This document shows, one piece after another, positions 15,479-20,020 of a DNA stretch of 20,020 nucleotides; the stretch's first letter is position 1; each line of letters begins with the position of its first letter. The DNA comes from a virus, in the IMG/VR virus record IMGVR_UViG_3300025322_000182. The stretch is one strand, 5' to 3'. Below the pieces are notes generated by a model. It saw nothing but the letters and a program-made list of their open reading frames with translations. It did not search any database and was not told the origin of the DNA. The position numbers and the translations under genes were made by a program.

Positions 15479-15916
15479 CTAACATTCCGCCAATGCGCCA
15501 TCTTTTACGCAATACCATACGTCAGCCTTCGCATTTTCCCCAATGATACCCACAGCGATACGGATTTGCCCCCAGTCTAGCCAAGGCAAAGCGAACGCAC
15601 CATTGATCCCAGCTCTAGCTTTTCCGTTTAATCCAGCAACCATTGCTATTGTTTGTTTTCCATTAGATTCCGCCGTCGAGCAATGACCACTGCTTGTTGC
15701 TGTTGAACAATCACCGCTGCTTGCCGCCGCCGAGTAATTACCGTTACTTGCCGACGCCGAGTAATTACCACTGCTTGCCGCATTCGAGTAATTACCGCTA
15801 CTTGTCGCTTTCGAGCAATCACCGCTACTTGACGCATTCGAGTAATTACCGCTACTTGTCGCTTTCGAGCAATCACCGCTACTTGCCTCATCGCTGTATT
15901 CAATATCATTTTTCAT
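15479..15916 (-). CDS. 9-aa tandem-repeat (beta-solenoid-like) phage protein
   Basis: Eight S[SN]G[DNH][CY]Sx[AS]x repeats then a C-terminal cap (GKARAG...IRIAVGIIGENAKADVWYCV); SD GAGGA. Confidence 0.85.
   Translation of the reverse strand: MKNDIEYSDEASSGDCSKATSSGNYSNASSSGDCSKATSSGNYSNAASSGNYSASASNGNYSAAASSGDCSTATSSGHCSTAESNGKQTIAMVAGLNGKARAGINGAFALPWLDWGQIRIAVGIIGENAKADVWYCVKDGALAEC
15668..15883 (-). repeat. 27-bp tandem repeat (8 units) with an exact 52-nt duplication of period 54
   Basis: gcattcgagtaattaccgctacttgtcgctttcgagcaatcaccgctacttg occurs at 15780-15831 and 15834-15885. Confidence 0.92.
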
Positions 15917-15926
15917 ATAAATATCC

Positions 15927-16058
15927 TCAAGTTTTAGTTTGTTTTAGCTTCCCGCCACAATATAGGCAAAACAAAATGCCATTGTCGTTTCCAAGGTTGG
16001 CCGAATCATGTGCTGCTCTTCTATCGTCAGTGAGCTTGGGGTCATACCCATTTTTCAT
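15927..16058 (-). CDS. Putative 43-aa protein with CxxC
   Basis: MKNGYDPK...FCLYCGGK. Start chosen to minimise overlap; SD position is poor. Confidence 0.45.
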   Translation of the reverse strand: MKNGYDPKLTDDRRAAHDSANLGNDNGILFCLYCGGKLKQTKT

Positions 16059-16203
16059 CCCTCGTTCTGAACCCGCCCGTAAACTTCGCATGACGACCCG
16101 TGTCCTCCAGGTGCTGCACCTTCCGCACCCACTGGCGTTGCAGGTTCTTGGATTGCGGGAACAGCTTCCGTGCTTCATCGAGTAAGTGTTTTATGCGCTT
16201 CAT
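16042..16203 (-). CDS. Small basic hypothetical protein
   Basis: MKRIKHLLDEARKLFPQSKNLQRQWVRK...; ATGA overlap; SD GGAG. Confidence 0.65.
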   Translation of the reverse strand: MKRIKHLLDEARKLFPQSKNLQRQWVRKVQHLEDTGRHAKFTGGFRTRDEKWV

Positions 16204-16421
16204 TTCACAACTCCGCACCACCAAAGGTCTTGACGTTTCCCCTTACTCTTGCTGTTTTCTGCGTTGCACTGCCAGTAAAAGCATTCACCCCAGTGTTTGC
16301 CAGACCACTTCGCAAAAAATACACAACCAGGAATCCTACGTATTGTCACCAGTCCTTGAACTTTATACACTCCTTTATGCACAGGCTTGTCCTGCGGCTC
16401 AAACCACGGCGATAGATTCAT
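16200..16421 (-). CDS. Trp-rich phage hypothetical protein
   Basis: MNLSPWFEPQDKPVHKGVY...WSGKHW...WWCG, a recurring small phage protein pattern; ATGA overlap. Confidence 0.7.
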   Translation of the reverse strand: MNLSPWFEPQDKPVHKGVYKVQGLVTIRRIPGCVFFAKWSGKHWGECFYWQCNAENSKSKGKRQDLWWCGVVK

Positions 16422-16603
16422 CGTATCCCCCACAGCATAAACGCAAAGAATGCCGCCGTAACAATGGCGCCGACTACCGAGAACCAGAACGGCTCGTTAT
16501 GGAGCTCGTCCTGTATCGGCAACCAGCGGCCTGTCGGGTCTTGCCGCTCGAATCTCTGCGGGGCGTGAGACTCTCCCCACGGGTCATAGTCGATGTTCAT
16601 CAT
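16418..16603 (-). CDS. Small protein with C-terminal transmembrane helix
   Basis: Ends FWFSVVGAIVTAAFFAFMLWGIR; SD GGAG. Confidence 0.65.
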   Translation of the reverse strand: MMNIDYDPWGESHAPQRFERQDPTGRWLPIQDELHNEPFWFSVVGAIVTAAFFAFMLWGIR

Positions 16604-16772
16604 TGCACTCCGCCCAATATGTGTCCAGCAATACACTCAAATATGCAAGTGCTGTTCTGGCCTCTTGAAATGCCGACGATGGCGCGATGTCAGACTTCCC
16701 TTCAAGATCGTCAGCCCTGATTCTAGCTTGCTCATTGAAATACATGAGTCGCTCAAGAAATTTTCTGTTCAT
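16584..16772 (-). CDS. Hypothetical protein
   Basis: 62 aa; ATGA overlap; SD GGAG. Confidence 0.65.
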   Translation of the reverse strand: MNRKFLERLMYFNEQARIRADDLEGKSDIAPSSAFQEARTALAYLSVLLDTYWAECNDEHRL

Positions 16773-17068
16773 GCCTTCTCCCCGACCTGATGCTCCAGCG
16801 CCGAAAGCTGCCGAATCTGATCCTCTATCTTCTGGATTTTGATGTGCGTCTCGGCATTCAACTTTTCTTTTTCCTCTTGGAGCGTTGCGGTTATGTGCTT
16901 GATTACCCGCTCGCGGGAGGGTTCTGCGCAGTCTGGCACTTCAACCTCAACGACCTTGAGCAAGATAAAGCTTTTGTCGTATTCGTTCCTGTCGCACGTA
17001 TCAACTGCAATGTATCACTCCTCTTGCCCATCATATTGGTGCCAATGATAGTACAGTTCAATTTTCAT
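16769..17068 (-). pseudogene. Phage coiled-coil protein gene interrupted by an in-frame TGA (17015-17017), or a readthrough gene
   Basis: One frame reads MKIELYYHWHQYDGQEE*YIAVDTCDRNEYDKSFILLKVVEVEVPDC...IRQLSALEHQVGEKA. The ATG at 17068 has SD GAGGGG and overlaps the upstream gene's end. Confidence 0.65.
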
Positions 17069-17390
17069 TATCAATCCCCTCTTCCGCCTTGCTCATGGCA
17101 CACTTCCGCCAGTAGTTCTCCGCATAACTCCACAGCAGCAGGCACACTATTTCGTTGGCCTCGATAAAAGCGAATTTCTGTTTTTTCGTGGCAGACAGGT
17201 AGTATATAAGTGGGCTCACCTGATCCGCCGACAATTCGCCCAGCACCTCGCCGAAGGCATCCAGATCAAGAGGATAGTATTCCTGCCCTTCTTTCAGCAG
17301 CTCATCTGCACGGGCTTCGATAGCCTCGGCACGGCGAACTTCACGTTCTTCCTTCGTAAGATGGTCGTTCCAGCAGTCAGTCATGGTCAT
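17058..17390 (-). CDS. Hypothetical protein
   Basis: 110 aa; SD AGGAG. Confidence 0.75.
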   Translation of the reverse strand: MTMTDCWNDHLTKEEREVRRAEAIEARADELLKEGQEYYPLDLDAFGEVLGELSADQVSPLIYYLSATKKQKFAFIEANEIVCLLLWSYAENYWRKCAMSKAEEGIDNEN

Positions 17391-17449
17391 TCTCCTGTAG
17401 TTGGTCGGTGCTGTTTAGCCGCTCTTTGACTTCGCGTTGCTTACACATA

Positions 17450-17716
17450 CTATTCTCCGTTCTCTCCTAGATCAAGCCCAAACTTACGGGCGGTTTTTGC
17501 TGCGAAAATATATCTGTCGTCCTCTCGCGGGTATTCTCCAACGATGATTACAAGAGCCTCTGTAAGCGCCCGCATTATCGTGTTCGGCGACGTTTCAATC
17601 TCCATGCCCTCGTGCAGCATCAGCGTCGTGAGTCGTGTCTCTATCCGCCGAAGCCGGTCAAGCACTTCCGACTGTTCTTCGTATGTCAGGTACACATCAC
17701 TTCCATTCTTTAACAT
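17450..17716 (-). CDS. Hypothetical protein
   Basis: 88 aa; SD AAGGAGGAG; preceded by the palindrome. Confidence 0.75.
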   Translation of the reverse strand: MLKNGSDVYLTYEEQSEVLDRLRRIETRLTTLMLHEGMEIETSPNTIMRALTEALVIIVGEYPREDDRYIFAAKTARKFGLDLGENGE

Positions 17717-17727
17717 TTAACTCCTCC

Positions 17728-17742
17728 TTGTGACATGTCACA
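17728..17742. promoter_or_regulatory. Second copy of the palindrome (T)TGTGACATGTCACA
   Basis: Intergenic and 11 nt from the ATG at 17716, the same geometry as the polA copy. Confidence 0.7.
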
Positions 17743-17810
17743 GATACTTGTGAACTGCTTTCCTGACGTACGCCCACCCCCCTCGGCTCTTCAACAATAG
17801 TCGCTGAACC

Positions 17811-18923
17811 TCATTTCATTTCTCCTATTTCATAGAAAATAGTCTCGCCGAACGGCGTCTTCTTGTCGGTAGTGCACAGTGTAACTACGGGGAACAAGGG
17901 TGGTTGCCCAAACGCGCAGTAACCATCTGTCAAAATTACACACACATCAGGCTCGACACCGTTCTCTTGCAGCCAGCGAATCCCCGCGCCCATATCACTG
18001 CCCCCTCCACCTTCGATCTTGGTGATGTTCAACGGCAAGTCTTCCGGACCGAACTCATCTACCCTATGCACCTCGCTGTCTACGTGCAGGAAGTAAACTT
18101 TCTCCGGTGCGCAAGACTCCATGATGCTGTTCATGTGACCTACGAAGTGAGCTATTTCCTTCTGTCCTATCGAGCCACTCGAGTCTCCGATGATTGCCAC
18201 CATGCCGATGGTAGGCTTCTTATCTGCGCTTGGAAAGTACCCGATGTTCATCCGGTTCTTGCGTGGGCGCGCCCATGAAATGTCTGCCTTGACCATGTGC
18301 GTCATGTAGGTGCGCAACAGCGTGTGCCACGGAGTCTTGGGGTTGATAACCTTGTCGATGAGTCGTGATAACCCCACCGGCATCTTGCCCTGTGACCTGG
18401 CTGCCTGCACAGCTTGCGCCAGTTCCTGCCCGATCTCATCCGCTTGCTTACCAGGATTGTTAGGAGCACCTTCGTCTGACAAGTCATCGTTGCCTGTTCC
18501 TGGAGAATACCCTTCGCCTTCGCCTTCGCCTTCGCCTTCGGCGTAGAGCTGCTCGGCAGTAAACTCACGCGCTCCGTCTCGAAAGACACCTTCTTCTGGC
18601 AAATCCATACCAGATTCTTTCAGAATGTCGTTAATTACCTTGTCCGCAGCTATGTTAAAGGGTTTGTGTTTTCTCCATCCACGCCGCATCCCATGCTGCA
18701 AGGCATGGTGCATCGCTTCGTGTGCCAGCAGCCCTGCTATCTTTGATATTGACATCTTCTCGATGAACTTGCGGCCAAGCGTTATGCGCCCACTCAGGTC
18801 GATGCAAGCTGAAGGCATAGTGTCACTGATCGTGATTGGCCGGTTGAACACGATGCTTGCGAAGAACGGTTGGTGAAGTACAAGTTGTACCCTTGCTTTT
18901 TGTAGCTGTGTTTCTGCGCGCAT
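17811..18923 (-). CDS. DUF2201-type HExxH metallopeptidase-like domain plus vWA domain protein
   Basis: KARVQLVLHQPFFASI, AHEAMH, NIAADKVIN, acidic linker, MIDAS-like DSSGS, GGGSD and LTDGY. Confidence 0.9.
   Translation of the reverse strand: MRAETQLQKARVQLVLHQPFFASIVFNRPITISDTMPSACIDLSGRITLGRKFIEKMSISKIAGLLAHEAMHHALQHGMRRGWRKHKPFNIAADKVINDILKESGMDLPEEGVFRDGAREFTAEQLYAEGEGEGEGEGYSPGTGNDDLSDEGAPNNPGKQADEIGQELAQAVQAARSQGKMPVGLSRLIDKVINPKTPWHTLLRTYMTHMVKADISWARPRKNRMNIGYFPSADKKPTIGMVAIIGDSSGSIGQKEIAHFVGHMNSIMESCAPEKVYFLHVDSEVHRVDEFGPEDLPLNITKIEGGGGSDMGAGIRWLQENGVEPDVCVILTDGYCAFGQPPLFPVVTLCTTDKKTPFGETIFYEIGEMK
18511..18540. repeat. Perfect hexanucleotide microsatellite (CCTTCG)5 encoding (EG)n in the peptidase-vWA linker
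   Basis: ccttcg x5 read directly. Confidence 0.9.
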
Positions 18924-18924
18924 T

Positions 18925-19641
18925 TCATTTCTCCTCTATACGTAGATAATCAAAAGTCTCTACTTTTGCACAGACTTCTCGCAATGCGGCTGCAAACTGA
19001 TTCGGCGTACTGGACTGCACAACCCCCAACAGCTCAAGCAACTTCTTGTCGATTATAGGGTCAAGAGGTTTCGGGTTTCTTAACCAGCTCAGCAACGATC
19101 CGGTAAACGTCCACCTATCATCCTTCGCCAGCGCAGCCACAGTCGCCAGCGCATCCACAGTAACGCCCAACTTCAGCGTATCGCCCCATTTCTCGAGAAA
19201 CTCCGCTTCAATGGCAGGCCGCCAGAGTTTTACGCTTATTTGCTTGTTTGACTTCGGAGCGTAGCCATGTTCCGCGTAATGAAAACGACGCCCTGCCAGT
19301 GCCATTTTGTGCTCGTGGTCAAGGAATATTATGCTTTCACGGATGTGTTTTTTTATTACTGGCCGGCCATCAGGCGTGAAGAACTTAATTCCCTGAGTGT
19401 CTTTAGGGAGACGAAAGTCAACGTCGTATGATTTGAACAACAGCCTCTTCAAACCAGGGTCTCGGTACGGAGTGTGTATAATTTCGACACGTCCGCCCTG
19501 ATACACACGGATCATTCCCTTGCCAACAACTTTGAACCTCTCTTCGTTCCTGTCCCAGTCTATCGCGTACTTCGGACTTCCTGAATCACAGTAGTCGTAC
19601 TTCGGCGTGTGTTCCTCTGTTGCGTAATCAAGTTTTTTCAT
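18925..19641 (-). CDS. Hypothetical protein
   Basis: 238 aa; SD GGAGG; stop lies 1 nt before the vWA gene start. Confidence 0.8.
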   Translation of the reverse strand: MKKLDYATEEHTPKYDYCDSGSPKYAIDWDRNEERFKVVGKGMIRVYQGGRVEIIHTPYRDPGLKRLLFKSYDVDFRLPKDTQGIKFFTPDGRPVIKKHIRESIIFLDHEHKMALAGRRFHYAEHGYAPKSNKQISVKLWRPAIEAEFLEKWGDTLKLGVTVDALATVAALAKDDRWTFTGSLLSWLRNPKPLDPIIDKKLLELLGVVQSSTPNQFAAALREVCAKVETFDYLRIEEK

Positions 19642-19980
19642 TTCAATTCCTCCGGAATCTCAACTTCATCCCCTAGCTTGCTGGCGACGTAAGAGCGCAT
19701 AGCTGCGACGAGTGGTGTTGTTCCACCAACGTTCCTTTTGTAGTTTGCGCCGAGCGGCGGCGTAGCGACCCATAAGGGTTTGTTGCTTTGATAATTGACT
19801 CCAATTTTTTCTCGCTCAATTATCGGTCCTCCTTGAGACCAGTCGGTTGAGTAATTGTATCCTCCTGGGTTGCCATCAAACAAGAACAATACCTCACCAT
19901 AAAGTGCCACTCCTTCGGCCTTAGCCACTGCCCAATCAAGGGCATGTCCTCGCAGTTCGCTTGTTTTCATTTCAATTCCT
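19635..19980 (-). repeat. Direct 17-nt repeat AGGAATTGAAATGAAAA at 19635-19651 and 19964-19980, flanking the DUF2591 gene
   Basis: Identical by direct reading. Each copy contains the SD and ATG of consecutive genes. Confidence 0.8.
19638..19970 (-). CDS. DUF2591 / NinX-like phage protein
   Basis: MKTSEL-x-G-x-ALDWAVAKAEG...YSTDWSQGGPIIEREKI...TPLVAAMRSYVASKLGDEVEIPEEL is the family pattern. Confidence 0.85.
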   Translation of the reverse strand: MKTSELRGHALDWAVAKAEGVALYGEVLFLFDGNPGGYNYSTDWSQGGPIIEREKIGVNYQSNKPLWVATPPLGANYKRNVGGTTPLVAAMRSYVASKLGDEVEIPEELK

Positions 19981-19991
19981 TTAGTTAGTTT

Positions 19992-20006
19992 TGTGACATT
20001 GTCACA
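19992..20006. promoter_or_regulatory. Palindrome variant TGTGACA-T-TGTCACA (1-bp central spacer)
   Basis: Same half-sites as the 12347 and 17728 copies; 21 nt upstream of the ATG at 19970. It may lie in the tail of an upstream gene outside the window. Confidence 0.5.
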
Positions 20007-20020
20007 TCAAAACCCATAAC

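Noticed and set aside
15668-15883. 27-bp repeats as a CRISPR array or a DGR template/variable repeat
   Set aside because: Units are contiguous with no spacers, stay in frame as a 9-aa repeat, and no reverse transcriptase is in the window.
16100-16720. 206-aa plus-strand ORF and other plus-strand ORFs in the accessory region
   Set aside because: They overlap a tightly coupled series of minus-strand genes with good SDs and have no independent evidence.
10261-17068. Genome-wide TGA recoding (code 4 or 25) to explain the in-frame TGA
   Set aside because: Many genes, including polA, end at TGA in ATGA/TGATG overlaps with the next start, so TGA works as a stop here.

Overview
This window is the DNA-replication and early accessory region of a tailed dsDNA bacteriophage. 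Gene families such as DUF2591/NinX-like suggest a proteobacterial host (inference). All credible genes are on the minus strand, and most are translationally coupled. In transcription order (right to left): a NinX/DUF2591-like gene, a DUF2201 HExxH-metallopeptidase/vWA gene, about 20 small accessory ORFs (including a 9-aa tandem-repeat protein and a gene broken by an in-frame TGA), an HNH-like protein, a minimal N6-adenine methyltransferase, and a family A DNA polymerase (Leu762 type). These are followed by a Cas4/AddB-like PD-(D/E)xK exonuclease carrying a Gly1 class 3-type intein, VRR-NUC, an SNF2-like helicase carrying a Cys1 intein in its Walker A motif, a putative SSB, an HTH regulator, and a primase-polymerase/DUF927 helicase that runs off the left edge and is missing from the ORF track. 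The strongest non-catalogue signals are: (i) a perfect palindrome TGTGACATGTCACA embedded in the same palindrome + SD + ATGTTAAAG cassette before polA and an unrelated gene; (ii) the non-canonical intein; (iii) a peptide motif FAGA(A)[DN]LSLND shared by the primase and the SSB; (iv) duplicated translation-initiation blocks flanking small gene cassettes. No rRNA, tRNA, CRISPR array or integrase is visible. Family assignments rest on motif recognition only; no searches were run.
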